A stretch of 64,000 nucleotides of DNA from Minisyncoccota bacterium (GTDB lineage: Bacteria > Patescibacteriota > Minisyncoccia > Phycocordibacterales > JABMNX01). The position numbers and the translations under genes were made by a program. Below the pieces are notes generated by a model that saw only the letters and a list, made by a program, of their open reading frames with translations, did not search any database and was not told the origin of the DNA. Of this stretch, positions 51,411 to 60,985 are shown in pieces. Where the stretch lies: NCBI GenBank assembly GCA_965222715.1, contig OZ244961.1, positions 462,277-526,276 on the forward strand. The letters are read 5' to 3'. Numbering within the stretch: the stretch's first letter is position 1; each line of letters opens with the position of its first letter.

Positions 51411-52058
51411 TTAACGAGCAGAGAATGAATCCCCATCGTATTCATCCCCTAGTGAGTTGAGCACTGTTTGGTGTGGGAAATCGAAAAGGTCACGAAGAAG
51501 CTTGTCGTAAATATCCATGCGATACATAAAATCTTGTGTTGAAAAAAGTGCGTAGCGTAACTCTCGCCCAATCTCAGACTCTATATCTCGCACTGCTCGT
51601 TCGAGCTGTGTATCTTTAATGCGATCTCCTACAACCAACAGATCAAGTGATCCATTCCAATCTTGAATAAAAGTACCCGCAACAACAACCAGTTTTGGAT
51701 TCCCTGCAGTCTTTAGCTTTTTAACAATTTCGTTTTTGTGAATTGGGGTTGCAGTGAGAAGAAAATTTCGTAATGCAACTAAATATTTAAATCGAGTATC
51801 GAGTGTCCAGCCTCTTACTTTTTTCTTTTTTATTTTTTTTGCTTTTCCACGCCCCACCTCATTCTCAATATAAAATGTTCGACGTTTAATAAGACCAATG
51901 CTTTCCATCATCGAGACTTCTTTACGGACAGTAGTTGCAGCAACGCGGGTGCGTTTTGCAATTGTCGTATTGTCAAAGTTCTCCCCTTCATTAAAGAGAA
52001 ATAGTCGGAGGATTTTCACCCGAGCAGGACTACCAAACAGTTTTCCAAGAATTTGCAT
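51411..52058 (-). CDS. Putative wHTH regulator with degenerate nucleotidyltransferase-like domain
   Basis: LFGSPARVKILRLF N-terminus; LDLLVVGD and E..IGRELRY. Confidence 0.65.
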   Translation of the reverse strand: MQILGKLFGSPARVKILRLFLFNEGENFDNTTIAKRTRVAATTVRKEVSMMESIGLIKRRTFYIENEVGRGKAKKIKKKKVRGWTLDTRFKYLVALRNFLLTATPIHKNEIVKKLKTAGNPKLVVVAGTFIQDWNGSLDLLVVGDRIKDTQLERAVRDIESEIGRELRYALFSTQDFMYRMDIYDKLLRDLFDFPHQTVLNSLGDEYDGDSFSAR

Positions 52059-52218
52059 GATGGTCGTATTGTACCGCTACTACTAGAGAGTGCAATACTC
52101 GAAAAAAAATATATATTAGCAACAACAGTACGCAAGGAGTATGTTGCCATATATAATATTTTGTGATTTAATACTATCCGGACTATATTTCTAAAAACAA
52201 TATAAAAGGAAATTAATT

Positions 52219-52515
52219 ATGAGTAATATATGTATTTCCGAATTATCTCCTGATTTCAAAGAAGCTGAAGATGCGCTACTTAAGCTGCTTGATCAATTTG
52301 AAAACGGCCCTGCGAGAAGAAATAAGGACATGATTGATAGACGTCTTAACCAGGCTGTGAGCGCGGCATCTTCGTTGAGAGAGGTCGAGAGATTGGTTAA
52401 GTACGTAGATCCTGGGTATCGTCCTACTTCCTCTGAGCTATTTCAAAAATGGAGAGACTGCGCAATAGAAGAATTTCCTGAACTAAGAGCCTTTCTTGAA
52501 AAATCACATGAATGA
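52219..52515 (+). CDS. Small hypothetical protein
   Basis: AAAGGA before ATG; hairpin 52523-52553 after stop. Confidence 0.6.
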   Translation: MSNICISELSPDFKEAEDALLKLLDQFENGPARRNKDMIDRRLNQAVSAASSLREVERLVKYVDPGYRPTSSELFQKWRDCAIEEFPELRAFLEKSHE

Positions 52516-52645
52516 ACTCACTAGCAGCAATGCGGATTCCCCCGCATTGCTGCTTTATAGTTGCGGTTTTTAAAAATCACAGAATTATTATATGCAAAAA
52601 AACGCCAAGAGTACTCTTGGCGTTTTTTGTATGGTGGTATACAGC

Positions 52646-53170
52646 TTATTTAAGCTCTACCTTACCACCAGCTTCTTCTACCTTGGCTTTAATCTCATCA
52701 GCCTCCTCTTTCTTTACTCCTTCCTTAAGTACAGCTGGTGCACTCTCAACGAGATCCTTTGCTTCTTTAAGGCCAAGACCCATAAGGTCTTTCACTACCT
52801 TAATTACCGCAATTTTCTGATCTCCAGCACTTGCAAGCTCAACGATGAAATCACTTTGTTCACCACCATCAGCATCTCCGCCGGCAGCGGGTCCAGCTGC
52901 TGCAACAGCAACTGCTGATACACCAAATTTCTTCTCAAGTACTTTTACTAACTCATGGAGCTCAAGAACAGTCATGTTCTCAATGTCTTCAATAAGTTTT
53001 TTAAACTTCTCAGGCACTTCAACTTCTTCCCCTGCTTCTTCTGCAGGCGCTTCAGCTGCTGCCTCTTCTTTAGTTTCTTTTTTTTGCTCTTCTGCAGCAG
53101 GAGCCTCTTCTTTGGTCTCTTCAGCGGCTACCTCCTGTGCATCATCAGTTTTCTTTTCTTCGTCTGACAT
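52646..53170 (-). CDS. rplL: 50S ribosomal protein L7/L12 with acidic N-terminal extension
   Basis: [38 protein letters not shown]. Confidence 0.97.
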   Translation of the reverse strand: MSDEEKKTDDAQEVAAEETKEEAPAAEEQKKETKEEAAAEAPAEEAGEEVEVPEKFKKLIEDIENMTVLELHELVKVLEKKFGVSAVAVAAAGPAAGGDADGGEQSDFIVELASAGDQKIAVIKVVKDLMGLGLKEAKDLVESAPAVLKEGVKKEEADEIKAKVEEAGGKVELK

Positions 53171-53230
53171 AGTATCTTAATTACCTAGTAATCCCGATGC
53201 TTTGATCGGGACCCCGATAGTGTATCGGGG

Positions 53231-53722
53231 TTATGCTTCTTTCTTTTCAGCAACTTGCCCAAGTGCAATAACCAATCCTTGAATTGGTGAATTGATCACA
53301 TTAGCAAACTGTCCGTAGAGTGTCTGAAGTGGTGGAATTGATGCAATCACCGTCATCTCATCTTTGTTCATCAATTTCTGCTCGAACACTCCTCCGAGAA
53401 TTGAAAGCTCATCTTTATGATCTTTAGCAAAGGCGTGGACACCTCGTGCGGGGGCAACCGCGTCGTCTCCCCACGCAAGAGCAAGCTCTCCTTCGAGCTC
53501 AGGCACCTCGCCTTGAAGACCAGCGTCGTTAAGTGCGCGGCGTACCAGTGTCTTTTTTGCTACAAAGTACGTCACGTTATCTTCCTTAAGTTTTGCACGC
53601 ATCTCATTGGTGTCAGTCACCCCAAGACCATGGAAGTTCACAAACACCACTGAAGCAGCATTCTTGAGTGCCTCAGTAAGTTTTGCGAGTGTTTCTTCTT
53701 TTTGTTGATATGTTTTTGCCAT
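53231..53722 (-). CDS. rplJ: 50S ribosomal protein L10
   Basis: GL.V....MR..L, VAKKTL, upstream of rplL. Confidence 0.96.
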   Translation of the reverse strand: MAKTYQQKEETLAKLTEALKNAASVVFVNFHGLGVTDTNEMRAKLKEDNVTYFVAKKTLVRRALNDAGLQGEVPELEGELALAWGDDAVAPARGVHAFAKDHKDELSILGGVFEQKLMNKDEMTVIASIPPLQTLYGQFANVINSPIQGLVIALGQVAEKKEA

Positions 53723-53748
53723 TGTTGTAGGTGTATTGTCCTAAACAA

Positions 53749-53873
53749 AAAAATCGACCACTACTGGCGATCTGAAGGAAATATAAGAGTTGTGATAACA
53801 CACAGAGTGCGACATCACAGTACCTCGGTAGGATTTATGCGCCATACTTCCGGCGTACCTACTGTCTTCAGTC
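53749..53873 (-). promoter_or_regulatory. L10 leader (autoregulatory RNA)
   Basis: GAAGACAGTAGG...TAAATCCTACCGAGG core at 53823-53869; promoter TTGACA-16-TATACT at 53885-53912. Confidence 0.85.
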
Positions 53874-54013
53874 CAGTGTTAGAGAGTATACCCGACTTAT
53901 ATCACCTGTCAATCAATTAGTACTCTGGCAATGCGAAAAAGAAAGTATATACTAAGAGGTAGAATCATTCTCATAATCACCTGCGGCAGCATGTAAAAAT
54001 ACAGGAGTACACC

Positions 54014-54301
54014 ATGGATGATGCACACAACGTGTGTACAGATGTAAGAGAGACAACAGAAGAAAAGCCAGATGATGTCACCTGGCCACAGCGATGCAAC
54101 TACTGTGTCGATGAGCCGTCAGACGCGGTACTCAAGGCGACATGCACGTCCCCTATCCACCGTCTAGAAGTCACGATGCACGCGTGCAGCAAATTCAGTC
54201 ATCAAGAATGGGCACGACTTGATGCGCGAGAGAAGTTGATAGAACACATTGGCGCACTAGAATCTGCAGAGGAAAAAGAGCATAAACGAGGGGGCCTGTA
54301 A
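54014..54301 (+). CDS. Small Cys/His-rich protein, possible Zn finger
   Basis: AGGAG SD; CNYC..C...H..HAC...H; terminator overlapping the stop. Confidence 0.6.
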   Translation: MDDAHNVCTDVRETTEEKPDDVTWPQRCNYCVDEPSDAVLKATCTSPIHRLEVTMHACSKFSHQEWARLDAREKLIEHIGALESAEEKEHKRGGL

Positions 54302-54335
54302 GCCCCCTTATTTTTTATGTGGTATTACTTAAAAA

Positions 54336-54824
54336 CTACTTTCCTTCAACAGAGCGCTTGAGTGACTCGGCACGCCACCCCACCATATTTGAAAGTAATT
54401 GGAGAAATGTTGCGACTCCCGCAACGGCAAGAACAAGTATCACGAACCACGCGTACGGCGTGAGGTAGTAGAAAAAGACAACGGCGAGTGCTGCCCACAC
54501 TCCGAAACACCACGGACACCCGAGTAGATCGTGGAGTGTGCGCAATGGTCCTCGTACGTACGGCTGACGCACTACCACCATATCACCACCCTCTTCTGAA
54601 ACGACAGTCTTTCGTACAAACCAATCACGAACAAACTGCGTTACTTTGTCATACACAAAGAGCCGAGTGAGTCTAAATGTTGCAAGAATAATGAGGGTAA
54701 AATCAAAGAGTGAAATAGCAATGGGTAATCTGCCAAGTGAAAAGAGTAGCCACCCAGCAGCTATAAACAGTCCTACAAAAAGTAGTGAAAAGATAAAGTT
54801 CCAGACACCTTGATCATCATGCAT
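54336..54824 (-). CDS. DUF1360-like membrane protein
   Basis: LATFRLTRL..D..T..R and LL.CPWC.GVW. Confidence 0.85.
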   Translation of the reverse strand: MHDDQGVWNFIFSLLFVGLFIAAGWLLFSLGRLPIAISLFDFTLIILATFRLTRLFVYDKVTQFVRDWFVRKTVVSEEGGDMVVVRQPYVRGPLRTLHDLLGCPWCFGVWAALAVVFFYYLTPYAWFVILVLAVAGVATFLQLLSNMVGWRAESLKRSVEGK

Positions 54825-54936
54825 ATAAAAATAGTATACCCTACTTACAACATCACATCGAGATACTTGACTGTATTATTTATACATGATATAATAAAAA
54901 ATAAAAATGACTTAAGTGATACAAGGAGGTACCGAC

Positions 54937-55245
54937 ATGTCATTACACCACACAGCTCAGCGAGGACTGGAATTTCTCGCCCAGCACAAGGGTGCTGATC
55001 TCTTTCTTGAGTACCTCAAGAAGAGAAATGTGATTCGACTGTACGCAGGTTCGTGTTCTCTCACGGTGCCAGCGTTTATCAACATCTGCACCCTCTACGG
55101 TATCGCGATACAGGTGCGTGACGACAAGGAGAAGTTACATGGGCTCAACCCAGAACTCCCTTCCCTCCTGTTCATCGTACCGGATCACATCCAGATACTG
55201 ATCGAGAACGCTTCGATCAAAGACGGCGAAGTTGTGTTCTCCTGA
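54937..55245 (+). CDS. Small hypothetical protein
   Basis: AAGGAGGT before ATG 54937; hairpin CCCCGAGC/GCTCGGGG after stop. Confidence 0.65.
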   Translation: MSLHHTAQRGLEFLAQHKGADLFLEYLKKRNVIRLYAGSCSLTVPAFINICTLYGIAIQVRDDKEKLHGLNPELPSLLFIVPDHIQILIENASIKDGEVVFS

Positions 55246-55351
55246 ACCGACCGCCAGACGCCCCCCGAGCATTCGCTCGGGGGTTTATGTATTTGTACAC
55301 AAATAAAAAAACCGCATGATGCGGATTTCATATTAAAGAACAAGACCAGTA

Positions 55352-55428
55352 TGGTCGGAATGAGTGGATTTAAACCACTGACCTCTGCCTCCCGAGGGCA
55401 GCGCTCTATCAGGCTGAGCTACACTCCG
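55352..55428 (-). tRNA. tRNA-Pro(CGG), CCA encoded
   Basis: CGGAGTG/CATTCCG acceptor, CTGCC-CTCGGGA-GGCAG. Confidence 0.9.
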
Positions 55429-55526
55429 TTTCCATACAGTGTCGTGACTCCCTCGACAATCCTTCTAAGAATCCAGATTGCCGAGGGGAGCCTGCTAAAG
55501 GTGTACGTCAGGTCGACGATGAGGCG

Positions 55527-55691
55527 CTAGATGAGCGACCCGCCGTCACCCGTGTTCGCGACGCCGAGGATCTGGAGCGCGTTGATGCTCGGACCGTAGC
55601 GGGCGCCGGTGATGCGATCGAAGTTCGCGGCCGTATGCATGCTCTGACCCTGGTTCGTCGGGTCGTGCATGGAGATCATCGTCCGTTTCAT
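55527..55691 (-). CDS. 54-aa GC-rich small peptide
   Basis: ACAGGAAAGGA upstream; strong G/C third-position bias. Confidence 0.55.
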   Translation of the reverse strand: MKRTMISMHDPTNQGQSMHTAANFDRITGARYGPSINALQILGVANTGDGGSLI

Positions 55692-55811
55692 GAGACGTGT
55701 CCTTTCCTGTCGTGGTTTCCGATGTGGACTCACTTGGTCCATTACTAATGCTACCTTACTTCTCTAGGGTGTCAATAGATATCCACAGGAGAAACGCAGG
55801 AGGAAAATAGT

Positions 55812-55957
55812 ATAAAAAGAAAAGCCTGAGCCGGGGTCCCGCGCGGAATTCGAAAGCTTCGGGGAAAGCATCCGACACATCTGGGGAAGATGGATCCGCG
55901 CGGGACGAGAGCCGGCCAGGCTCTGCGAGCGTCATGGACTGGGTAGAGCCCACACGC
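55812..55957 (-). ncRNA. Candidate GC-rich structured ncRNA
   Basis: 12-bp stem 55836-55847/55895-55906 with outer stems, U-tract, -10 TATAGT at 55962-55967. Confidence 0.5.
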
Positions 55958-55992
55958 CACCACTATAGTACTACACCACCATATACTATGCA

Positions 55993-58551
55993 CTATATTC
56001 CTCCTCCAGGGTTAGGTGGTGGCGTTGCGCTATTGAGTGCCTTTGGAGTTCCATAGATTTGGTTTCCGTCACTATCAGTGCCATTTATCTTTGTCGTATT
56101 ATTTGAACCCCAATTTGATGCATCTTCCCCACTATTCCCAGCGCGAACTCGTTCCATTGAGATAGGGGTTGTGGTTGCCTCACCTGAACACCACCCACTA
56201 CATGTAGATACATCTGGTGTAGCGTCAAGTGTACTTGTCGCAGTACCACCCAGTGATTGAACCAAATATAGTTTCTCTCCATCATTTGAAAGACCTGATC
56301 CGCTACCCACACCACTAAATACAGTTGTAAGATCTTCTGATTCACTGGTCGTACTTCCGTTACTTCGCTCAATTAAGTAATATGCACCCGAAGCAACTGA
56401 TCCAGAAAGTTTTATATATGGAACAAGGTCAGTCGCATAGAGTACCAGGTGCGAAAGATCGATCGTGTTGCTTGATTGATTATAAAGCTCTATCCACTCA
56501 TCCATACTACTTGCTTGTGTTCCTGCCCAAGCAACCTCATTTATAACCACAGTTGATGTGGCGACTGATACACTTTGTGAAGAAGAGGTTGCTATGTTCC
56601 CTACTAAATCATAGGCAACTACAGCAATATTTGCAGTTGTATTATTTGAAACCGTGATTGAAGTACTTTTTGCTGTTGTTGTTGCAACAACCACGTTGTC
56701 TTTAGCAACACCATAATATTCAACGTCAGTGTTAGTTGAATCCCATTCAACAAAAATTTCCTCACTACCAGAAAGACATGCATCAGATCGCAACGAGTAG
56801 CTACACGCCAATACACTCATACTTGAAAACGTTGGTAAAGTGGTATCAACATACACAGATACACTAACTTGGTCAGAGACTGTATTTGTTCCTGTGTCAG
56901 TTACTTTAAAAGATACAGTGGTCGTACCTTCTGAAAAACTATCGAGAGTAATTTCCCAATCACCATTACTATCTACTGATGTTGTTGCGTTTGAAAAATC
57001 CTGAGAAAGAACTAAGTTTGATTGACTGATTCCTGAGAAGGTAATAGTTGTAGTTCCCAGACGAGTATTGTTTGTAGGAGATGTAATAGTAGGAGCATCT
57101 GGTTCTGTTGATTCTTGAGAGCTTTCTTCTGCTTCACGCGCTTCTTGTAGAGCTTTTGATGAGCCGCCGTCACCACCAAAACCTATAAATGGAGTTAGGA
57201 CAGGAATTGGATCAGGTATTGATGAGTGAAATTTCTCCTCAACTCCAATAATTTCTTCTATCTCTAGTGCATTTTCTTTGGAGACAGACTCTTTCTCTTC
57301 AATGCTTGGCCTCACATCAACTGTCTCTGTATTCTCAACCTCTTCTTCACCTTCTTCTATTACCTGAGCCTCAGAGTTAGTATTCAGAACACTAGCAAAA
57401 GCATCAACAACTGAGGCAACGTTCTGTTGTGGTGTCACGTCACCTTTTGTATAGGAAGGAGCAAACTGCTTGGGCAAAAATTTACTCAAGAAACTTTTAT
57501 TTTTATTATAAAGCGCTAAGGTTTGTTTTTCTTTCTCAACTTCATCAAAGAATAATTTAATCACTCCAGCACCATGTAACACCGCCTGTTTTGAGAGGAT
57601 ATTCCAGTAATCAGCCATGATTTTTTCTCCTCCATCCTTACTATCTATTGAGTATTTCTTATTTATATTTTGAGTTACATTATCTTTATGTTCCTGTAAT
57701 TCAAAAACATGATAGGATTTACCATCAAACATACCCATACCGAATTTTTGTACTCTACCACCTGAAAGTACACCAACTCCTATTAACGAGTATTGAGGTA
57801 CCGGGTATTTATTTTCTGATACTGACGACGTTCCTGCTTCTGGAAATGGTAGTGTATCTTTGCTAAAAAAGTGTGTGTTCGTAAAGAATGCAAGATTAAA
57901 GAAATATTCATTAAGCGTGTTGTAATAGACTGGCATCTTTCGGTCACGAAGCAACTTCTCTGCGATAACAAGATTTTGAGGAGTAAAAGCGCTCGTCCAC
58001 GCCTCATATGGCGAACCAAAATCAAGTGCGGGTGGGTGGGGATCATCTCGAACGTGCGGCGGTACTGTCAGATCTTGAATCAAATGTAGTATTTGACCAA
58101 GTCCACGGAGAGCTCGTTTCTTGTCGCCATGTACATACTCATATACAGAACGTTCCCAAGAATAATCACTTGATGCACTATAGAGTGGTGCTGAAACACC
58201 AGCTACAAAGTTTCCAGAATATACCGCTTGCTGTTTGGGGCTTTGCGCCCAAGTCATTGCTGAGGTATATCCCCTAAGCCCTCGATCATAGACGGGGTCA
58301 TGAAAGTGATTGAGCACACGCACTGCCGGACTATCCTCAAGAGACGAACCGGACATAAGCATTTGCTTTTCTTCTTCAGAAAATCTAGTTTGCGGATAGA
58401 AGCGATTATACAATTCTACGGTTTCACTTGTAAGTGCGGGGTGTGTTGTTTCAGCAGAGTATGCGTAAATAGTATATACAGGTAGGAAAAGCGCACTAAG
58501 TATAAGTGCGGATATAAGTAATATGTGGATTAAAATTCGTCCAGCTTCCAT
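55993..58551 (-). CDS. Secreted Zn-dependent phospholipase C/P1 nuclease-like protein with Ig-like and lamin-tail domains
   Basis: Signal peptide then YSAETTH; NHFHDP, LGQILHLIQD..PPH, YE; INEVAWAG..DEWIELYN..GTP. Confidence 0.72.
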   Translation of the reverse strand: MEAGRILIHILLISALILSALFLPVYTIYAYSAETTHPALTSETVELYNRFYPQTRFSEEEKQMLMSGSSLEDSPAVRVLNHFHDPVYDRGLRGYTSAMTWAQSPKQQAVYSGNFVAGVSAPLYSASSDYSWERSVYEYVHGDKKRALRGLGQILHLIQDLTVPPHVRDDPHPPALDFGSPYEAWTSAFTPQNLVIAEKLLRDRKMPVYYNTLNEYFFNLAFFTNTHFFSKDTLPFPEAGTSSVSENKYPVPQYSLIGVGVLSGGRVQKFGMGMFDGKSYHVFELQEHKDNVTQNINKKYSIDSKDGGEKIMADYWNILSKQAVLHGAGVIKLFFDEVEKEKQTLALYNKNKSFLSKFLPKQFAPSYTKGDVTPQQNVASVVDAFASVLNTNSEAQVIEEGEEEVENTETVDVRPSIEEKESVSKENALEIEEIIGVEEKFHSSIPDPIPVLTPFIGFGGDGGSSKALQEAREAEESSQESTEPDAPTITSPTNNTRLGTTTITFSGISQSNLVLSQDFSNATTSVDSNGDWEITLDSFSEGTTTVSFKVTDTGTNTVSDQVSVSVYVDTTLPTFSSMSVLACSYSLRSDACLSGSEEIFVEWDSTNTDVEYYGVAKDNVVVATTTAKSTSITVSNNTTANIAVVAYDLVGNIATSSSQSVSVATSTVVINEVAWAGTQASSMDEWIELYNQSSNTIDLSHLVLYATDLVPYIKLSGSVASGAYYLIERSNGSTTSESEDLTTVFSGVGSGSGLSNDGEKLYLVQSLGGTATSTLDATPDVSTCSGWCSGEATTTPISMERVRAGNSGEDASNWGSNNTTKINGTDSDGNQIYGTPKALNSATPPPNPGGGI

Positions 58552-59063
58552 ACGCCAGTGTATGGGTTTTTTGTAAATTCAAAATAATATCCGGGCGTTC
58601 CATCAATTGTTGATTCAAAACTAGCACCTAAGTTTTCTGACTCTTTCCAAGTTCCACCGTCCTCTATATCAGCAATAATATCAGGTAATACGCTATTTTT
58701 CTTGCTCTCCTCCATTCTCTCAAGCGCACCAGATCGGTACTCGACCAAAAAGTACGTACTCGCCTTTTCTAAATTACCTTCTTTCACTGCCTCAACCCAA
58801 AGCGCGAGCGTCTCTTGAGGTGTCTCACCTCCAATATCATCTTTTCTGTACGCTTCTTCAAGTGCAGTAAAATACCGCTCTACTTCAGCTTGTGAACGTG
58901 GTTTTTCATTCAACCACTCACTCGTCTCCTTAAACTCAATCTGAGAAACCGGCACCAATAGATACGAGTAATGATATCCAACAACACTAAGACTGACGAC
59001 AATAATAAAAATGAGGGACTTCTTCCACCACGAAAGCGCAAACACTTTCCGTATAAATTCCAT
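58530..59063 (-). CDS. Membrane-anchored hypothetical protein
   Basis: N-terminal TM, D.IGGETPQETL..W..A...G....AS.YF, W-K-L end; start may be 59108. Confidence 0.7.
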   Translation of the reverse strand: MEFIRKVFALSWWKKSLIFIIVVSLSVVGYHYSYLLVPVSQIEFKETSEWLNEKPRSQAEVERYFTALEEAYRKDDIGGETPQETLALWVEAVKEGNLEKASTYFLVEYRSGALERMEESKKNSVLPDIIADIEDGGTWKESENLGASFESTIDGTPGYYFEFTKNPYTGVWKLDEF

Positions 59064-59139
59064 TATTTTTATACTATCAACAAAAATCTTATTTAACATA
59101 ATTGCCAAATAAAAACTGTTAATAACTCCTCATTTTAAG

Positions 59140-59179
59140 ACTGTTTAATATCTCAGCTATAGCTGAGATATTAAACAGT
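59140..59179. repeat. Perfect 40-bp palindrome
   Basis: ACTGTTTAATATCTCAGCTATAGCTGAGATATTAAACAGT. Confidence 0.95.
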
Positions 59180-59206
59180 GCTTTTTACACCTTTTACCAG
59201 AAAAAA

Positions 59207-59770
59207 TCAGATGGAAAATGTTCTTCTTAGCTCTGTATCTTTACCAATATTCTTTGAAACAATAACTCTACACTCTTCATCACTTATATTGAAATAATCT
59301 TTCACGAGCTCAATTTCCTTCTTGCAGTTGAATGGATACACCCATACACTTTTTTGCATTTGAATAAATCCGGAGCGCTTAAGTACTCTACGTAAAGCGT
59401 CTCTCTTTATCTTTTGACCATCAGTTATATCAAAAATAACTACGTACCACACACCATTCCATCTTTTTTGTTTTGATTTATTTTGTAATCTTGATTGAAT
59501 AAAATAAATATTTGCTTTCTCTTTACCTTTTTCAGAAAGTGCAACAAGGATCTTATCTGCTTTCTTTTGAGTTTTAATATATCCCCTACCCCGTAAGTAG
59601 TTAAAAGCATTTCTTGTTTTTTCTACATTATTTTTATCTTTTACCTTAAGATAATGAGCAATGAAAATTGCAGGGGTAAGCAATACTGGGTTAGTGAGGG
59701 CAATAGCAATTCCGCCACTTACAAGTAAATCGATCATTACTTCTTTTGAAGTACTATTTTCAACCCTCAT
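59207..59770 (-). CDS. PaaX-like regulator (wHTH + Cas2-like domain)
   Basis: L..RGYI..LSEKG; WNGVWYVVIFDI..RD.LR..L...GF..MQKSVW. Confidence 0.85.
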   Translation of the reverse strand: MRVENSTSKEVMIDLLVSGGIAIALTNPVLLTPAIFIAHYLKVKDKNNVEKTRNAFNYLRGRGYIKTQKKADKILVALSEKGKEKANIYFIQSRLQNKSKQKRWNGVWYVVIFDITDGQKIKRDALRRVLKRSGFIQMQKSVWVYPFNCKKEIELVKDYFNISDEECRVIVSKNIGKDTELRRTFSI

Positions 59771-60020
59771 ACTCTATAATATATGCGCGATAGCTGAGAT
59801 TCTCAACAGTTCGGTGTGATTTGTTTTTTATGAGTTATCAAAACCTTTACTAACAACTTGCGTCGTTTTGGCAAGCAGTTTGAGAGGTGGTCTCAGGGAA
59901 TTCAGAAGTACTCACAAAGAAACCGGTTATTGCAAAACTAAGGAGTACAATACCAATAAAACCGAGGAGAAATTTAAAAAAGGTATTATTGAATACTGGT
60001 TTCATACTTACTCAGTCAAA

Positions 60021-60803
60021 CTATTGCTTAAGTTTTTCAATTTCAGTATTGATTGCATTTACCAATCCTTGATTATCAAGTTCTTCTGCTAATTCACGAG
60101 CGTCTTCATATGCGCCAATTGCCTCTTCTACTTGATCATTATTTTTATAGTACGAAGCGAGTGTGGTAACGAGGTCTATATTGTCAGGAAGTGCTGCAAT
60201 TCCCTCTTTGAGGACATCTTCAGCAAGCGTGGTATTAATTTTATATGAGTAGAGATAGAGTTCGTGAAGACCAAGATACGCCTGTGGGGTACTTGCTTCT
60301 ATACTAAGCGCTTCTCTAAAATTCTCTTCTGCTTTTTCATACTCTTGTAGTTCGTAGTGATACACACCACCTAGATTGACTCGACTCAGGGTGTTTTGTG
60401 GTGCAGTTTCATTAAGGTATTCCCATATCTCTATCGCCCCTTCGTAATCTTGGATAATTTTATATTGAGACGCAAGGTTAATCCATGACTGAAATAAGTC
60501 TGGGTTTTCTTCAATTTCATTTCGTAATGTTTCAATGTTTTGCCGCACTATCACCTCAGCATCGGCAGGAAAATTATCAGGAACGGTAACTGCTCGATAT
60601 AGCTCTGGTGCAGGAGTGGTGGGGATTTTCTCAAAATTTATTGTATATCCTGGGTCGTCTTTTGCAGCCACTTCTTCATTTTCAGTTTCTTGAACCCTTT
60701 CTTCTCTTTGTATGTCATTAAAGACGTACCATCCGCCTCCAGCAAGTAGGATGACCGCGAGTAGCACTCCAAGGGCACCCTGTACTTTTTTATTTTCAAA
60801 CAT
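60021..60803 (-). CDS. Membrane-anchored TPR protein
   Basis: N-terminal TM plus several TPR motifs. Confidence 0.85.
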   Translation of the reverse strand: MFENKKVQGALGVLLAVILLAGGGWYVFNDIQREERVQETENEEVAAKDDPGYTINFEKIPTTPAPELYRAVTVPDNFPADAEVIVRQNIETLRNEIEENPDLFQSWINLASQYKIIQDYEGAIEIWEYLNETAPQNTLSRVNLGGVYHYELQEYEKAEENFREALSIEASTPQAYLGLHELYLYSYKINTTLAEDVLKEGIAALPDNIDLVTTLASYYKNNDQVEEAIGAYEDARELAEELDNQGLVNAINTEIEKLKQ

Positions 60804-60843
60804 ATGGACCGTATTGTAGTGTAAAAAAAGTATCGACGCAAAC

Positions 60844-60920
60844 ACAAAAACCCTTCGTACAAGAAGGGTTTTTGTTTATATATTTCTAACGCAAAACCCC
60901 CGCCAAAGCGGGGGTTTTGC
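60844..60920. terminator. Two tandem terminators after the surface-protein gene
   Basis: ACAAAAACCCTTC..GAAGGGTTTTTGT and GCAAAACCCCCGC-CAAA-GCGGGGGTTTTGC. Confidence 0.8.
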
Positions 60921-60985
60921 TGTCTAGGAGAGGTTACGTGTTAGCGAACAACCTACCTAGTGTCTCAGAAATAATCAGTGACTGA

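Noticed and set aside
55756-55993. 65-73 aa ORFs over the GC-rich element
   Set aside because: The sequence is better explained by nested RNA stems; no protein features.
59207-59770. CRISPR-Cas locus
   Set aside because: No repeat-spacer array or other cas genes seen; wHTH fusion fits a PaaX-like regulator.
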